Shown here: piece by piece, positions 50,802 through 63,246 of the stretch
How the letters are laid out: each line of letters opens with the position of its first letter
How positions within the stretch are numbered: position 1 is the first letter of the stretch
Assembly: GCA_018394315.1 (NCBI GenBank)
Contig: CP074575.1
Coordinates: 682,001 to 746,000, forward strand
Direction: 5' to 3'
Origin: Mycoplasmatota bacterium
GTDB taxonomy: Bacteria; Bacillota_I; Bacilli_A; MAG-NZ
Length of the DNA: 64,000 bases
The notes under the pieces: model-generated
Database searches by the model: none
What the model was told of the DNA's origin: nothing
What the model saw: the letters and a program-made list of their open reading frames with translations, nothing else
Position numbers and translations under genes: made by a program

Positions 50802-51341
50802 ATGAATCGCTTATTGACTAAATATAATGAAGTTGTTAAACCTGCATTATTTAAAGATTTCAATTATTCTTCTATTATGGAAGTGCCTAAAGTTGACAAA
50901 ATTGTTGTTAACATGGGAGTTGGAGATGCAGTAGCAAATTCAAAAGTGTTAGATGATGCAGTAGCAGAGTTGACACTAATTACCGGTCAAAAGCCAGTAA
51001 TTACAAAAGCAAGAAAATCAATCGCTAACTTCAAAGTACGTGAAGGTTATCCTATTGGATGTAAAGTAACTTTACGCGGAGAAAGAATGTATCAATTCTT
51101 AGATAAGTTAGTGTCAATAGCACTTCCACGTGTTCGTGACTTCCGCGGAATCAGTAAAGATTCATTTGACGGTAGAGGAAATTACACGTTAGGTGTTAAA
51201 GAACAGTTAATCTTTAATGAAATTGATTATGATAAAATTAAAAAAATCAGAGGTATGGACATCGTAATAGTAACGACGGCTAAATCTGATGAAGAAGGAA
51301 GAGCTGTATTGGCTCAATTAGGAATGCCGTTTAAGAAATAA
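50802..51341 (+). CDS. rplE: 50S ribosomal protein L5
   Basis: [18 protein letters not shown]. Confidence 0.98.
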   Translation: MNRLLTKYNEVVKPALFKDFNYSSIMEVPKVDKIVVNMGVGDAVANSKVLDDAVAELTLITGQKPVITKARKSIANFKVREGYPIGCKVTLRGERMYQFLDKLVSIALPRVRDFRGISKDSFDGRGNYTLGVKEQLIFNEIDYDKIKKIRGMDIVIVTTAKSDEEGRAVLAQLGMPFKK

Positions 51342-51353
51342 GGAGGAGAAATA

Positions 51354-51539
51354 ATGGCTAAGAAATCGTTAAAAGTTAAAGCTCAGCGACAAGCAAAGTT
51401 CTCTTCTAGAGCTTATACGCGCTGTGTAAGATGTGGTAGACCACATTCAGTAATTCGCAAATTCGGAATCTGCCGTATTTGTTTTAGAGAATTGGCTTAT
51501 AAAGGTCAATTACCTGGTGTAAGAAAAGCCAGCTGGTAA
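51354..51539 (+). CDS. rpsZ: 30S ribosomal protein S14 (zinc-binding type Z)
   Basis: CVRCGR...CRIC; 61 aa. Confidence 0.97.
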   Translation: MAKKSLKVKAQRQAKFSSRAYTRCVRCGRPHSVIRKFGICRICFRELAYKGQLPGVRKASW

Positions 51540-51584
51540 AAAATCCAAAATATTCTCAAAGATTTTGGGAAGGAGGCAAAATTT

Positions 51585-51983
51585 ATGGTAATGACAGATC
51601 CTATCGCAGATATGCTTACTCGTATTCGTAATGGTAATCAAATGCGCCATGAAGTAGTTGAAATGCCTGGTTCTAAAATGAAATTAAGAGTTTTAGAAGT
51701 AATGAAAAACGAAGGTTTTATCAAAGACGTAGAATTTGTATCAGACGATAAACAGGGAACTATCAAAGTTCATTTAAAGTATTCAAATACTCATGAAAGA
51801 GTTATTAAAGGGTTAAAGAGAATTTCTAAACCCGGATTAAGAGTTTATGCAACACATAATGATATACCGAAAGTTTTAAACGGGTTAGGTGTAGCAATCC
51901 TTTCTACTTCGAAAGGTGTATTAACAGGTAAAGATGCTAAACACCAACAAATTGGTGGAGAAGTATTAGCCTACATTTGGTAA
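51585..51983 (+). CDS. rpsH: 30S ribosomal protein S8
   Basis: [20 protein letters not shown]. Confidence 0.98.
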   Translation: MVMTDPIADMLTRIRNGNQMRHEVVEMPGSKMKLRVLEVMKNEGFIKDVEFVSDDKQGTIKVHLKYSNTHERVIKGLKRISKPGLRVYATHNDIPKVLNGLGVAILSTSKGVLTGKDAKHQQIGGEVLAYIW

Positions 51984-52002
51984 ATATTAAGGAGGTACTC
52001 AT

Positions 52003-52536
52003 ATGAGTCGTATTGGTAAGAAACCGGTTATGCTTCCTGAAGGTGTTACTGTAACTATAGATGGTCAAACAGTTACGGTGAAGGGACCTAAGGGTGAGTT
52101 AACAAGAGAGTTTCATAAAGATATGAAAATAACGCAAGAAGACAATAGTATAGTTGTTGCGAGACCTTCTGATTCTAAATTCCATAAAACGTTTCACGGA
52201 ACTACTAGATCATTATTAAATGGAATGGTTATAGGTGTTTCTGAAGGGTATAAAAAAGAATTAGTAATCAAAGGTGTAGGTTACCGTGCACAATTACAAG
52301 GTACAAAATTAGTACTTAGTGCTGGTTACTCTCATCCAGTGGAAATGGAGATTCCAAAAGGTATTACCTTGGAAGTACCAAAACCACTGAGTATTATTGT
52401 TTTAGGTATTAATAAAGAATTAGTTGGTGAATTTGCAGCGAATATTCGCGCGGTTCGTAAACCAGAACCATATCTAGGAAAAGGTATTAGATATGTAGAC
52501 GAGTATGTTCGTCGTAAAGAAGGTAAAAGAGCGTAG
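52003..52536 (+). CDS. rplF: 50S ribosomal protein L6
   Basis: [19 protein letters not shown]. Confidence 0.98.
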   Translation: MSRIGKKPVMLPEGVTVTIDGQTVTVKGPKGELTREFHKDMKITQEDNSIVVARPSDSKFHKTFHGTTRSLLNGMVIGVSEGYKKELVIKGVGYRAQLQGTKLVLSAGYSHPVEMEIPKGITLEVPKPLSIIVLGINKELVGEFAANIRAVRKPEPYLGKGIRYVDEYVRRKEGKRA

Positions 52537-52551
52537 GAAGGAGTAATCTAG

Positions 52552-52902
52552 ATGATTAAGAAATTTGATCGAAACGGAAGTCGAATGAAAAGACGTAGAC
52601 GTATTAGAGGTAAAATCTCTGGAACTCCAAGTGTTCCAAGATTATCTATATTTCGTTCAAACACAAATATTTTCGCACAAGTTATTGATGACGAGAATGG
52701 TGTTACATTAGCAAGCGCTTCAAGTTTAAAACTGGAAAACGGTGCAAACATTGAGGGTGCTAAGGAAGTTGGAACTTTAGTTTCTAAAGTTGCATCTGAA
52801 AAAGGAATTACAAAAGTTGTATTTGACCGCAGCGGTTATCTATATCACGGTCGTGTAAAAGCTTTAGCTGAAGCTGCTCGCGAAGCCGGATTAGAATTCT
52901 AA
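52552..52902 (+). CDS. rplR: 50S ribosomal protein L18
   Basis: [21 protein letters not shown]. Confidence 0.98.
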   Translation: MIKKFDRNGSRMKRRRRIRGKISGTPSVPRLSIFRSNTNIFAQVIDDENGVTLASASSLKLENGANIEGAKEVGTLVSKVASEKGITKVVFDRSGYLYHGRVKALAEAAREAGLEF

Positions 52903-52916
52903 GGAGGTTTACTTTA

Positions 52917-53513
52917 ATGGAAGAAAATAAGAAACAAGCAACTCCAGAAACTAAAAACCGCAACGAAAGAAAACCTTTTGATAAAAATCAAAAGAGGAGA
53001 CCTAGAAGAAACAATCGCCGTAGACCTGTTGTTAAACAATTTGAAGAACGAGTTGTATCAATCAACCGTGTAACAAAAGTTGTTAAAGGTGGGCGTCGTT
53101 TCAGATTCGCTGCGTTAGTAGTTATCGGAGATAAGAAAGGTCAAGTTGGATTTGGTACTGGGAAAGCTCAAGAAGTGCCAGATGCAATTAAAAAGGCTAT
53201 CGAAGCTGCAAAAAGAAATTTAATTAGAGTACCTATGGTAGGGGCTACTATTCCTCATGAATATACATGTCGCTACGGTGCAGGGAGAGTATTATTAAAA
53301 CCTGCTAGCCCAGGTACTGGTGTTATTGCTGGTGGTCCAGTGCGTGCCGTATTAGAATTAGCTGGAATTCAAGATATCTTAAGTAAGTCTTTAGGTTCTA
53401 ACACTCCAATTAATATGGTTAGAGCAACTCATAAGGGATTAAGTGAATTAAGAACTAGAGAATCAGTTGCTGCTCTAAGAGGAAAGCAACCTGAGGAAAT
53501 TAGAGGATATTAA
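52917..53513 (+). CDS. rpsE: 30S ribosomal protein S5 (basic N-terminal extension)
   Basis: [22 protein letters not shown]. Confidence 0.98.
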   Translation: MEENKKQATPETKNRNERKPFDKNQKRRPRRNNRRRPVVKQFEERVVSINRVTKVVKGGRRFRFAALVVIGDKKGQVGFGTGKAQEVPDAIKKAIEAAKRNLIRVPMVGATIPHEYTCRYGAGRVLLKPASPGTGVIAGGPVRAVLELAGIQDILSKSLGSNTPINMVRATHKGLSELRTRESVAALRGKQPEEIRGY

Positions 53514-53514
53514 G

Positions 53515-53694
53515 ATGGCTCAATTACATATTAAATTAGTGAGATCTACAATTGGATATCCAAAAAATCAAAAATTAACGGCAAAAGCATTAGGGTTAAC
53601 AAAAATGAATAAGACAGTTGTCAAAGTTGACAACCCTCAAGTAAGAGGTATGATAAAAACAATTTCTCATTTAGTAGAAGTAGAAGAGAAATAG
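53515..53694 (+). CDS. rpmD: 50S ribosomal protein L30 (59 aa; not in ORF track)
   Basis: [28 protein letters not shown]...[12 protein letters not shown]; lies between rpsE and rplO. Confidence 0.96.
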   Translation: MAQLHIKLVRSTIGYPKNQKLTAKALGLTKMNKTVVKVDNPQVRGMIKTISHLVEVEEK

Positions 53695-53708
53695 AAGGAG
53701 GTTCCAAT

Positions 53709-54146
53709 ATGAAATTACATGAAATAAAGCCGGTTCAAGGTTCTAAAGATAGAAAGAGAGTCGGACGCGGTGTAGGATCTGGAACTGGTAAGACCGCTGG
53801 GAAAGGTCATAATGGACAAAACTCACGTAGTGGTGGAGGAGTAAGACTAGGATTTGAGGGTGGACAAACTCCGTTATTCAAGAGATTACCAAAACGTGGT
53901 TTTACGAATTTTACTCGTAAAGAGTATGCGATTATTAATTTAGAAGATTTAAATGTATTTGAAGAAGGTACTGTAGTAACTCCTGAATTATTAATGGAAA
54001 AAAGAATGATTCGTAAACTTGAAGCAGGACTTAAAGTTTTAGGAAATGGGAAGTTAGATAAAAAGCTTACGATCAAAGCTCATAAAGTAACTCGCTCAGC
54101 TCAAGAGAAAATTGATGCTGTAGGAGCTACAGTAGAGGTGATCTAA
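53709..54146 (+). CDS. rplO: 50S ribosomal protein L15
   Basis: [26 protein letters not shown]. Confidence 0.98.
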   Translation: MKLHEIKPVQGSKDRKRVGRGVGSGTGKTAGKGHNGQNSRSGGGVRLGFEGGQTPLFKRLPKRGFTNFTRKEYAIINLEDLNVFEEGTVVTPELLMEKRMIRKLEAGLKVLGNGKLDKKLTIKAHKVTRSAQEKIDAVGATVEVI

Positions 54147-55423
54147 TGAAAACGCTAAAACTAGTTTTGAAGAATAAGCAATTGTTGAATAAAATATTAT
54201 TTACACTGGGTGCATTCGCTTTATATAGAATAGCTGTATTTATTACTTTGCCTATGATTAGCATTCCAGATGAATTATTTAATAATGATTTACTAGGATT
54301 CTTAAACTCTTTCAGTGGAGGAGCGCTTAAGAACTTTAGTGTAATTGCTTTAGGTGTTGGTCCTTACATCACTGCTAGTATCGTTGTACAAATATTACAA
54401 ATGGATATCGTTCCTATTATTAAGGAATGGAGCGAAGAAGGCGATGCAGGGAAACAAAAGATTAATCAACTAACTAGATATTTAGCAATCGGATTGGCTT
54501 TTGTTCAAGCTTTAGCAATGACAATAGGTTTAAGTTCTTACTTAGATCTAGGTGTAGCAACTACACCATTAGTATTTGTTTACTTAGCATTATTAGTAAC
54601 AGCTGGTACAGCGTTCTTATTATGGTTAGGTGATCAAATTACTGTTAAAGGTGTTGGAAATGGAGTATCAATGATTATCGCAGCTGGTATCATTTCATCA
54701 ATGCCAGGAATGTATCGTTCGTTATGGCTACAATATGTAGCTATTGATGCAGCAAATTGGAGAACATACTTACAATTTGGTATCGTTATATTATTAATGA
54801 TTACTGTATTGCTTGGAGTTATCTTTATGCAAGCTGTAGTTAGAAAAGTACCAGTTCAATATGCAAATAGACAAGGGCAAGCTAAATTAAGAGGTAGAAG
54901 TGAATCTAATATTCCAATTAAATTAAATTCTGCAGGTGTAATTCCAGTTATCTTTGCGATTACTATTCTTAGTTTACCATTAACAGTTATTTCTTACTTA
55001 AATGTTGATGCAAAATGGACTAATATCTTAACTCAGATATTTAGTAATAAGATGCCTATTGGATTTGTATTATATATAGCATTCATCTTTATATTCACAT
55101 TCTTCTATGCATTTATGCAAGTAAATCCAGAGAAGATTTCTGATAATTTATCTAGACAAAATGCATTTGTACCAAGTAGAAGACCGGGAGCAGATACTGA
55201 AGTTTATCTATCAAAAGTACTGTTTAAAGTTACTTTATTAGGTGCATTGTATTTGACTATAGTAGCAATTATTCCAATCTTGAGTGCTGCAGCATTCAAC
55301 TTGCCAAGTTCTGTTTCTGTTGGAGGAACGAGTTTATTAATCGTGGTAGGTGTTGCAGTTGAAACATTCAAACAAATTCAAACTGAAGCCAATAAACAAG
55401 AGTATAGAGGATTTAGTAAATAG
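54146..55423 (+). CDS. secY: Preprotein translocase SecY
   Basis: ALGVGPYITASI; GVGNGVSMII; GGTSLLIVVGV. Confidence 0.98.
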   Translation: MKTLKLVLKNKQLLNKILFTLGAFALYRIAVFITLPMISIPDELFNNDLLGFLNSFSGGALKNFSVIALGVGPYITASIVVQILQMDIVPIIKEWSEEGDAGKQKINQLTRYLAIGLAFVQALAMTIGLSSYLDLGVATTPLVFVYLALLVTAGTAFLLWLGDQITVKGVGNGVSMIIAAGIISSMPGMYRSLWLQYVAIDAANWRTYLQFGIVILLMITVLLGVIFMQAVVRKVPVQYANRQGQAKLRGRSESNIPIKLNSAGVIPVIFAITILSLPLTVISYLNVDAKWTNILTQIFSNKMPIGFVLYIAFIFIFTFFYAFMQVNPEKISDNLSRQNAFVPSRRPGADTEVYLSKVLFKVTLLGALYLTIVAIIPILSAAAFNLPSSVSVGGTSLLIVVGVAVETFKQIQTEANKQEYRGFSK

Positions 55424-56079
55424 TGAACTTACTTATTATGGGACCTCCGGGTTCAGGTAAAGGAACACAATCCAAATTGGTAGTAGAAAAATATGGTCTA
55501 GTTCATATTTCAACTGGGGATATATTTCGTAAAGCGATTAAAGAAAAAAGTGAATTAGGGCACTTAGCTAAATCATATATTGAAAAAGGTGAGTATGTGC
55601 CTGATGATATCGTTTGCGAGGTAATTGAGGATAGATTGGCTGAGGATGATTGCAAAAATGGATTTTTGTTAGATGGTTTTCCAAGAACTATTTATCAAGC
55701 TGTAAAATTAGAACAAATGCTAGAAAAGCTGAATAAGAAAATAGATCACGTACTTAAGATTGATGTTGATCCATACGTGTTAGTCAAACGACGAGCAGGT
55801 AGAAGAGTTTGTAGTAATTGCGGTTCAAGTTATCATTTAGAGTTTAAACCACCTGTTACAAAGGGTGCATGTGATAAATGTGGACACGCAATAGTTCAAA
55901 GAGCAGACGATACTGAAGAGACTGCTTTCAAAAGACTAGATATTTACTTAAAAAGTACTTATCCATTAGTTGAGTATTATGATGCGAAAGAACTTCTCAG
56001 AAATATTCACGGATTTGGAACAATTGAAAGAGTTTTCTTTAGGATAAATAGGGAATTGGAAAAATATGATAACCATTAA
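55423..56079 (+). CDS. adk: Adenylate kinase (Zn-LID type)
   Basis: [22 protein letters not shown]...CDKC. Confidence 0.98.
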   Translation: MNLLIMGPPGSGKGTQSKLVVEKYGLVHISTGDIFRKAIKEKSELGHLAKSYIEKGEYVPDDIVCEVIEDRLAEDDCKNGFLLDGFPRTIYQAVKLEQMLEKLNKKIDHVLKIDVDPYVLVKRRAGRRVCSNCGSSYHLEFKPPVTKGACDKCGHAIVQRADDTEETAFKRLDIYLKSTYPLVEYYDAKELLRNIHGFGTIERVFFRINRELEKYDNH

Positions 56080-56842
56080 ATCCCAAAGAGAAATTAACCT
56101 GATGAAAGAAGCAGGAAAAATTGTGGCTATGTGCCATCAAGAAATTAGTAAAATTATCAAGCCAGGAATAACAACAAATAAAATTGATGCACTAGTAGAG
56201 AAAATCATAATAAGTAATGGTGGAACACCATCATTTAAGGGTTATAACGGATTTCCATCTTCGATATGTGCATCAATCAATGATGTTGTTGTTCATGGTA
56301 TACCATCAAATATGAAACTTAAGAATGGTGATATTATTTCCATTGATATTGGTGTAAATTATAAGGGATATCATGGAGATAGCGCTTGGACTTACCCAGT
56401 GGGTAACATAAGTGAAAGTGATGAAAAATTACTAGAAGTTACTAAAAAATCATTATTTGAAGGATTAAAATTTGCAAAAGAGGGTAATAGGTTAAGCGAT
56501 ATTTCTCACGCAATTGAGGAGTATGTAAAACCTTTTGGATATGGAATTGTAGAAGATTTTACAGGTCATGGAATTGGAAGTAAATTGCATGAAGATCCAC
56601 CAATACCCAATTTTGGAATCAATGGAAGAGGTCCAATCTTGAAAAGTGGAATGACACTAGCTATTGAGCCTATGGTTAACGCTGGAACAAAGCGTGTAAA
56701 AATAATGGTAGATGGTTGGACAACAAAAACAATAGATGGGCAAAACAGTGCTCACTATGAACATACTATCCTAATCACAAAGGATGGTTGTGAAATATTA
56801 ACGACGACTTTAGGAGGATACTTATGGCAAAAGACAACGTAA
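56066..56842 (+). CDS. map: Methionine aminopeptidase type I
   Basis: VVHGIP; GHGIG..LHEDP; AIEPMV; AHYEHT. Confidence 0.98.
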   Translation: MITIKSQREINLMKEAGKIVAMCHQEISKIIKPGITTNKIDALVEKIIISNGGTPSFKGYNGFPSSICASINDVVVHGIPSNMKLKNGDIISIDIGVNYKGYHGDSAWTYPVGNISESDEKLLEVTKKSLFEGLKFAKEGNRLSDISHAIEEYVKPFGYGIVEDFTGHGIGSKLHEDPPIPNFGINGRGPILKSGMTLAIEPMVNAGTKRVKIMVDGWTTKTIDGQNSAHYEHTILITKDGCEILTTTLGGYLWQKTT

Positions 56843-57042
56843 TCGAGCTAGAGGGTAAAATATTAGAAGTTTTACCTAATACTCAATTTAGAGTTGAGTT
56901 AGAGAACGGGCATAAAGTATTGGCACACGTTTCTGGTAAAATCCGTATGCATTACATACGCATCTTACCGGGTGATAAGGTTACTGTGGAGATTTCTCCA
57001 TATGATTTAACACGTGGTCGTATTACTTACCGTCATAAATAA
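56824..57042 (+). CDS. infA: Translation initiation factor IF-1
   Basis: [19 protein letters not shown]. Confidence 0.98.
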   Translation: MAKDNVIELEGKILEVLPNTQFRVELENGHKVLAHVSGKIRMHYIRILPGDKVTVEISPYDLTRGRITYRHK

Positions 57043-57056
57043 ATCTCTTCAAGTAA

Positions 57057-57188
<132 letters not shown>

Positions 57189-57202
57189 ATGGAGGTGTAT
57201 TT

Positions 57203-57568
57203 ATGGCACGTATTAGTGGTGTAGATATCCCACGCGATAAGCGTGTAGTTATTTCTTTAACATACGTATTTGGTATCGGAAAAAGTGTTAGTAAAAAAAT
57301 ACTAGCTGCTGTTGGTATTAATGAAGATAAACGCGTAAAAGATTTAACTGATGAGGAATTAGTTCGTATCAGAGCTGAAGTTTCAAAATATGAAACTGAA
57401 GGTGATTTACGAAGAAAAACATCGTTTAATATTAAACGATTAATGGAAATAGCTTCGTACCGTGGAATCAGACATCGTAAAGGATTACCTGTAAACGGTC
57501 AGAACACGAAAAATAATGCAAGAACTCGCAAAGGTCCTAGTAGAACTGTTGCGGGTAAAAAGAAATAA
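57203..57568 (+). CDS. rpsM: 30S ribosomal protein S13
   Basis: [22 protein letters not shown]. Confidence 0.98.
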   Translation: MARISGVDIPRDKRVVISLTYVFGIGKSVSKKILAAVGINEDKRVKDLTDEELVRIRAEVSKYETEGDLRRKTSFNIKRLMEIASYRGIRHRKGLPVNGQNTKNNARTRKGPSRTVAGKKK

Positions 57569-57583
57569 GGAGGTAGTAGTTAA

Positions 57584-57970
57584 ATGGCTAAGCAAAATAA
57601 AAGAAAACGCCGCGTCAAAAAGAACATACCTAAGGGTGTAGCGCACATTCAATCGACTTTTAATAATACTATTATAACTATTACAGATGAAGCAGGTAAT
57701 GCCATTGCTTGGAGCAGTGGAGGAGCATTGGGATTTAAAGGTTCTAAAAAATCAACTCCATTCGCAGCACAATTGGCTTCTGAAGCTTGTGCTAAAGCCG
57801 CACAAGAGCATGGTGTTCAAAAAGTAGAGGTAAATGTTAAGGGTCCCGGACCAGGTAGAGAAGCAGCGATTAGATCTTTACAAGTTGCTGGATTAGAAAT
57901 AACAGCAATCAAAGATGTAACGCCTTTACCTCATAATGGATGTAAAGCAAAAAAACGCCGACACGGTTAA
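57584..57970 (+). CDS. rpsK: 30S ribosomal protein S11
   Basis: [25 protein letters not shown]. Confidence 0.98.
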   Translation: MAKQNKRKRRVKKNIPKGVAHIQSTFNNTIITITDEAGNAIAWSSGGALGFKGSKKSTPFAAQLASEACAKAAQEHGVQKVEVNVKGPGPGREAAIRSLQVAGLEITAIKDVTPLPHNGCKAKKRRHG

Positions 57971-57988
57971 TAATAAGGAGGCTTCTAA

Positions 57989-58945
57989 ATGAAAGATATG
58001 AAATTTGAAAAGCCTAATACTTATGTAGAAGCATATCAAAAAGATGATTTCTATGGTAAGTTTGTAATTAAACCATTAGAAAGAGGATTTGGTATTACAC
58101 TTGGTAATTCTCTTAGAAGAGTTTTATTATCTTCATTACCAGGTGCAGCTATTACTAATGTATACATTGAAGGAGCTCAACATGAATTTTCTTCAATTGA
58201 GGGTATCGTTGAAGATGTAACCGAAATTGTATTAAATTTAAAGGATGTGGTTTTAACTATTGATAGTGATGATCCAAATGTTGAAAAAACTATGGAGATA
58301 ATTGCTGTTGGGGAGGGTCAAGTAACAGCTAGAGATATTATTTGTGATAGTGATGTTACAATTATAAATCAAGATAAAGTAATCGCGAATCTTGCTAATT
58401 ATGCAAAACTTAAAATGGTTTTGGTTGCTAGAAGAGGTGTCGGTTACGTTGATGCTAACGAGAACAAAAGACCTGATGATCCAGTAGGATATATTCCTAT
58501 CGATTCAATTTATACACCTATTAAAAATGTTAAATACAATGTTGAAAAAATATTAGTAGATAATAGCGCAGATCATGATGAATTAATAGTAGAAATAACG
58601 ACTGATGGATCAATAAATCCTGAGGATGCAATAGGAATGGCTTCAAAAATTATGATAGAACACTTAGAAGTTCTTGTAGAACTTAGTGAAAAAGCTATGG
58701 AATCAGAATTTATTGTTGAAAGAGAAGATAAATCGAATACTAAGTTATTAGAAATGTCTATAGAAGAGCTGGATTTATCGGTAAGATCTTATAACAGTTT
58801 GAAGAGAGCTGGAATCTCTACAGTAGGTGAACTATCACGTAAGTCAGAAGAAGATATGATGACTATTAGAAATTTAGGACGTAAGTCACTAAAAGAAGTA
58901 AAAGATAAACTTGAGGAATTAGGTTTAGGTTTAAATAATTACTAA
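57989..58945 (+). CDS. rpoA: RNA polymerase alpha subunit
   Basis: [36 protein letters not shown]. Confidence 0.98.
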   Translation: MKDMKFEKPNTYVEAYQKDDFYGKFVIKPLERGFGITLGNSLRRVLLSSLPGAAITNVYIEGAQHEFSSIEGIVEDVTEIVLNLKDVVLTIDSDDPNVEKTMEIIAVGEGQVTARDIICDSDVTIINQDKVIANLANYAKLKMVLVARRGVGYVDANENKRPDDPVGYIPIDSIYTPIKNVKYNVEKILVDNSADHDELIVEITTDGSINPEDAIGMASKIMIEHLEVLVELSEKAMESEFIVEREDKSNTKLLEMSIEELDLSVRSYNSLKRAGISTVGELSRKSEEDMMTIRNLGRKSLKEVKDKLEELGLGLNNY

Positions 58946-58965
58946 TTCAAAAGGAGGAGTACACA

Positions 58966-59334
58966 ATGGCAAGAGGTTATCGTAAATTAGGTCGTACAAG
59001 TGCACAACGTAAAGCTTTACTGCGTGACTTAGTTACTGATTTAATTATTAACGAGAGAATCGAAACAACTGAGATGAAGGCTAAAGAGTTAAAAAGATTA
59101 GCTGACAAAATGGTTACTCTTGGTAAAAAAGGTACTTTAGCAGCAAGAAAAGATGCAGGAGCATTTGTTCGTTATGAAGTTGCTAATACTGAAACAGGAC
59201 AGAATGCTGTTCAAAAATTATTCAATGAAATTGCTCCTCGCTACGCAGAGAGAAGTGGTGGATACACAAGAGTGTTGAAATTAGGTCCTCGTCGTGGTGA
59301 TGGCGCTGAAATGGCAATTATTGAATTTGTATAA
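58966..59334 (+). CDS. rplQ: 50S ribosomal protein L17
   Basis: [20 protein letters not shown]. Confidence 0.98.
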   Translation: MARGYRKLGRTSAQRKALLRDLVTDLIINERIETTEMKAKELKRLADKMVTLGKKGTLAARKDAGAFVRYEVANTETGQNAVQKLFNEIAPRYAERSGGYTRVLKLGPRRGDGAEMAIIEFV

Positions 59335-59341
59335 AAATATG

Positions 59342-59366
59342 CCCAACTTTTGTTGGGTTTTTTTTT
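59342..59366 (+). terminator. Intrinsic terminator of the ribosomal operon
   Basis: CCCAAC-TTTT-GTTGGG followed by a T-tract. Confidence 0.85.
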
Positions 59367-59625
59367 GGAGTGGAAATGATTTAACACTAGTTTTATATCT
59401 AGAATTGAGTAAAGTTTATGGGTGAAAAATATCTCTAAAGAAGAATATGATATTCGACATTATGAAAAATATTATATATGTATAAATGATGTCTTTTGAG
59501 TATATTTACGACTAGTGTTTCTACTTTTAGACTAATAAGTCTATTAAATCATTAAGTATGACAAAAATCATAAATAATGAAGAAAAACAAATTCTAGTTG
59601 AATTTGATTAAATTAAAGACTTTAG

Positions 59626-60048
59626 TTAGTTCTTTAAATCCAATATAAATTTTGTAAAGAATGCGATACTGCCTTCACCAGCAATGTTATCATCCTGTGC
59701 ATCAAATAAATTATGTTTCTTAATATTATACCAGTTGAATGTACCTTCATGACTATATCTAACTTCAATTGGATATTTCTCTTTAGTTTTCATATAGAAT
59801 ACATGTAGTTTAGAATTATCCTCTTTAAAATTTACTGTCATAATAAATTCAAATATTGATAACTTATCTAAATCATAGTTAGTCTCTTCTTTTAACTCTC
59901 TAACCATTGCTTTTGTGGGATTCTCATCTTTATCAACTTTTCCACCGATTCCATTTATCTTACCTTGGTAAGGATCAATGTGTCTTTTAATCATTAGTAG
60001 ATGCTCCCTACTAGGGTCAAAAACCATTCCTAAAACATACTCAATCAA
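59626..60048 (-). CDS. NUDIX hydrolase (8-oxo-dGTPase-like)
   Basis: Nudix box GGKVDKDENPTKAMVRELKEETN. Confidence 0.9.
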   Translation of the reverse strand: MIEYVLGMVFDPSREHLLMIKRHIDPYQGKINGIGGKVDKDENPTKAMVRELKEETNYDLDKLSIFEFIMTVNFKEDNSKLHVFYMKTKEKYPIEVRYSHEGTFNWYNIKKHNLFDAQDDNIAGEGSIAFFTKFILDLKN

Positions 60049-60168
60049 GATATCTCCTCCTTCGGTTATTATATCATATCTTGTGGTTAGTAAGTGATTA
60101 GTAAATTTAACAATTAGAATTATACAAACAAGGAATACTATTTTGTTAGAAAATATGGTAAAATCTTC

Positions 60169-62601
60169 ATGAACATTATTGGGGCTTGGGGTGGTACAGT
60201 GAAAAAAATTGAACGATATAATACGAGTATTAGTAAGGGATTAAACAATGAGCAGGTAGAAAAGAGAATTTCTCAAAAACTGACAAATAATACACGTATT
60301 ATTTCCAAAACTTATTTGTCTATTATTTTAAGTAATATTTTCAACTTCTTTAATATGATTTTCTTTGGACTCGCAGCATGGTTAATCTTTGTTGGGGCTT
60401 ATTCTGATTTAGTTTTTATGTCAGTAGTACTTACTAATTTAGCAATAGGAATTTATCAGCAGATAAGAGCAAAAAAATCTATTGATGAATTATCTATTAT
60501 GAACGCCCCTACTGCAACCGTAGTCCGTAATGGTAAAGAGAAATCGATTTTATCGGAAGAGGTAGTATTAGATGATATTATTATTTTAACTGCTGGTAAA
60601 CAAATACCTGCAGATGCAGTTGTACTAAAGGGAACTATTGAGGTTAATGAGTCACTATTAACAGGTGAGTCTGATTTAATAATAAAGAATCCAGACACTA
60701 ATATTATGGCTGGGTCATATGTAGTTAGTGGAAGATGTTATGCACATGTTATCGCTTGTGGTAAGAGAACTTATGTTAGTATGTTAACAAAAGAAGGAAA
60801 AACTATACGTAAACCAACATCTGAGATTTTACACGCATTAAACATTCTTATTAGGGTTATTGCACTTATAATTATCCCATTAGGTATATATTCTTATCTT
60901 AATAATCTTAACTTGGGATTATCTTATTTTGACACTGTTGTAAAAACATCAGCTAGTGTAATTGGAATTATCCCTGCAGGACTTTACTTGATGACATCTA
61001 TAGCTTTAGCAGTTAGTAGCATGAGATTAGCGAAAAGAAGAGCTCTTATCCAAAACTTATATTCAATTGAAATGTTAGCAAGAGTGGATGTTTTATGTCT
61101 AGATAAAACTGGCACTATTACTGATGGTACTATGAGAGTTGAGAACTTCATTACAGGTAAAAGTAAACTTAGAAATCAAAGAGTTATCTCATCAATGTTA
61201 TACCACTTAAATGAATCAAACATGACTGCTCAAGGACTAAAGAACTATTTTGGAACTGAGGATCATTACACACCAATCATTGTAGTACCATTTTCATCAA
61301 GAAGAAAGTACAGTGCAGTAAGTTTTAGAAGAGTTGGAACATTCATATTAGGAGCTCCTGAGTTTATCCTTAATATTGATGATAGTTTAAGCGAGCAAAT
61401 AGAAGAATATACATCTAGAGGAAAACGCGTGTTAGCACTAGCTTCAACTAGAGCTACCTTAACGAAGACCGGGTTTAACGGAGATACATTTCCTGAAGCT
61501 TTGATAGTTATGGATGATAACGTAAGATCAGATGCTCATAAGACTTTAGAATATTTTTATCAAAATGATGTAGAAGTGAAGGTTATTTCAGGTGATAGTG
61601 TCGTTACTGTATCCGAAATAGCTCAAAATGCAGGTGTTAAAGATGCTAGAAATTGTATTTCTCTAGATGGGAAATCTGACGTGGAGGTCATAGATGCAGC
61701 CACAAGGTATACTGTTTTCGGTAGAGTGGTCCCAGACCAGAAGAAATTAATTATTGAGACACTTAAAAGCAAAAATAAAAAAGTTGCTATGACAGGTGAT
61801 GGTGTTAATGATATATTAGCTTTAAAATCTGCGGATGTATCTATCGCAATGGCATCTGGTAGTGAAGCGGCTAGAAATGTATCACAATTAGTATTAATGG
61901 ATAGTAATTTTTCTTCAATGCCAAGAGTAGTTAAGGAAGGTAGAAGAGTAATTAATAATATTGAGAAAGTAGCTTCACTATTCTTAATGAAGACGGTATA
62001 CTCTTTATTACTTGTTTTATTAACTTTCATTGTTAGTAAACCATATCCTTTTAGACCTATTCAAATGACTTTAATTGAGTTATTCGTAATTGGTATACCT
62101 GCATTTATGTTAGCATTAGAATCTAATAGGAATAAAGTTACCGGTAAGTTCATACCGAAAGCTTTGAGAAAAGCTTTACCGGGTTCTATTGTTGTATTCT
62201 TAAATGTAGTAGTTCTATACGCATTACAAGATACAATTGGATTATCTGATTTTGAGGTATCGATTATTTCAGCAATTACTACACTTGTTACGGGACTAAT
62301 AATGCTTTATATATTCTGTCAACCATTTAATTTCTATAGGCAGGTACTATTCTTGACAATGCTATTCTCGAGTGCAATTTGTTTGATTTATTTAAGTGAT
62401 GCATTTCAAGTACAGATTAATGCTTTAAGTACTTCAGGTATTTTACTTATGATTGTATTGGTGCAAGCATCAATTCCTATACTACTTAATTTAAAGAAAA
62501 TGAAACAAACAGGAGAGAATATTTTAAAGGCAGGAGAAATGCTACTGGAGAAAATGGATTTAATAGAGGATAAAGAAAAAGATTATGATATTGCATCATA
62601 A
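60169..62601 (+). CDS. Cation-translocating P-type ATPase
   Basis: ESLLTGES; DKTGTIT; GDGVND; start may be GTG 60199. Confidence 0.93.
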   Translation: MNIIGAWGGTVKKIERYNTSISKGLNNEQVEKRISQKLTNNTRIISKTYLSIILSNIFNFFNMIFFGLAAWLIFVGAYSDLVFMSVVLTNLAIGIYQQIRAKKSIDELSIMNAPTATVVRNGKEKSILSEEVVLDDIIILTAGKQIPADAVVLKGTIEVNESLLTGESDLIIKNPDTNIMAGSYVVSGRCYAHVIACGKRTYVSMLTKEGKTIRKPTSEILHALNILIRVIALIIIPLGIYSYLNNLNLGLSYFDTVVKTSASVIGIIPAGLYLMTSIALAVSSMRLAKRRALIQNLYSIEMLARVDVLCLDKTGTITDGTMRVENFITGKSKLRNQRVISSMLYHLNESNMTAQGLKNYFGTEDHYTPIIVVPFSSRRKYSAVSFRRVGTFILGAPEFILNIDDSLSEQIEEYTSRGKRVLALASTRATLTKTGFNGDTFPEALIVMDDNVRSDAHKTLEYFYQNDVEVKVISGDSVVTVSEIAQNAGVKDARNCISLDGKSDVEVIDAATRYTVFGRVVPDQKKLIIETLKSKNKKVAMTGDGVNDILALKSADVSIAMASGSEAARNVSQLVLMDSNFSSMPRVVKEGRRVINNIEKVASLFLMKTVYSLLLVLLTFIVSKPYPFRPIQMTLIELFVIGIPAFMLALESNRNKVTGKFIPKALRKALPGSIVVFLNVVVLYALQDTIGLSDFEVSIISAITTLVTGLIMLYIFCQPFNFYRQVLFLTMLFSSAICLIYLSDAFQVQINALSTSGILLMIVLVQASIPILLNLKKMKQTGENILKAGEMLLEKMDLIEDKEKDYDIAS

Positions 62602-62620
62602 TCTCTTTTTTTCTAATTAG

Positions 62621-62731
62621 CTAATAGCAGCATTTCCATGCAGTTCCGATAATTACTAGTAAAATGAATAGAACTAGTACCAGTGCATATTGATTGCTAC
62701 GCCCGTGCCCGTGTCCGTGTCCACCACTCAT
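62621..62731 (-). CDS. YjcZ-family (tiny TM, sporulation-associated) peptide, 36 aa; not in ORF track
   Basis: MSGGHGHGHGRSNQYALVLVLFILLVIIGTAWKCCY: 'ALxxVLFILLxIIG' signature; strong GGAGGGAGG RBS. Confidence 0.8.
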   Translation of the reverse strand: MSGGHGHGHGRSNQYALVLVLFILLVIIGTAWKCCY

Positions 62732-63006
62732 AATCTTTCCTCCCTCCTATTTTTATAGTATTCAATGTTATATTTCTATTTCATAATTAGTGCCTAGTTA
62801 TACTATTCATTTATATATAAATTGATAATTACATAACGGTAATATCGGGATATAATAGACTATTTAAAAAAAATATCAAATTACTATTGCATTATAGGGA
62901 GTAGTAGCATATAATTATAGTATACTACATCATTATGTGATATAGTGATTGAATTTTTTTTAATTTAGCTACTGCGTGATATGGAATAGTAGTAAGGAGG
63001 AACAAA

Positions 63007-63246
63007 ATGTTTGAATACAGTAGTTTCAAAGAAAAGTTTGATGAACTCGTTGATAAGTTTTGCGTTGAAGATACAATAGAACGAGGTAAGAAGGTGTTAT
63101 CAAATTTGAATGAAAAGACAGAAGAGTGTTTAGTAAAAATAGAAGAGTCTGGTGTTGTTGAAAAAATATACGACGCTTTTGAAAAAGTAAATGATAAGTG
63201 TTTTATTGCATTTGAATCAATATTTAAAAGTGAGAGGGAGAAGTAA
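63007..63246 (+). CDS. Hypothetical 79-aa helical protein
   Basis: AAGGAGG RBS; abuts padR. Confidence 0.65.
   Translation: MFEYSSFKEKFDELVDKFCVEDTIERGKKVLSNLNEKTEECLVKIEESGVVEKIYDAFEKVNDKCFIAFESIFKSEREK

Noticed and set aside
57970..57989. Absence of rpsD between rpsK and rpoA
   Set aside because: Normal arrangement in Bacilli and relatives
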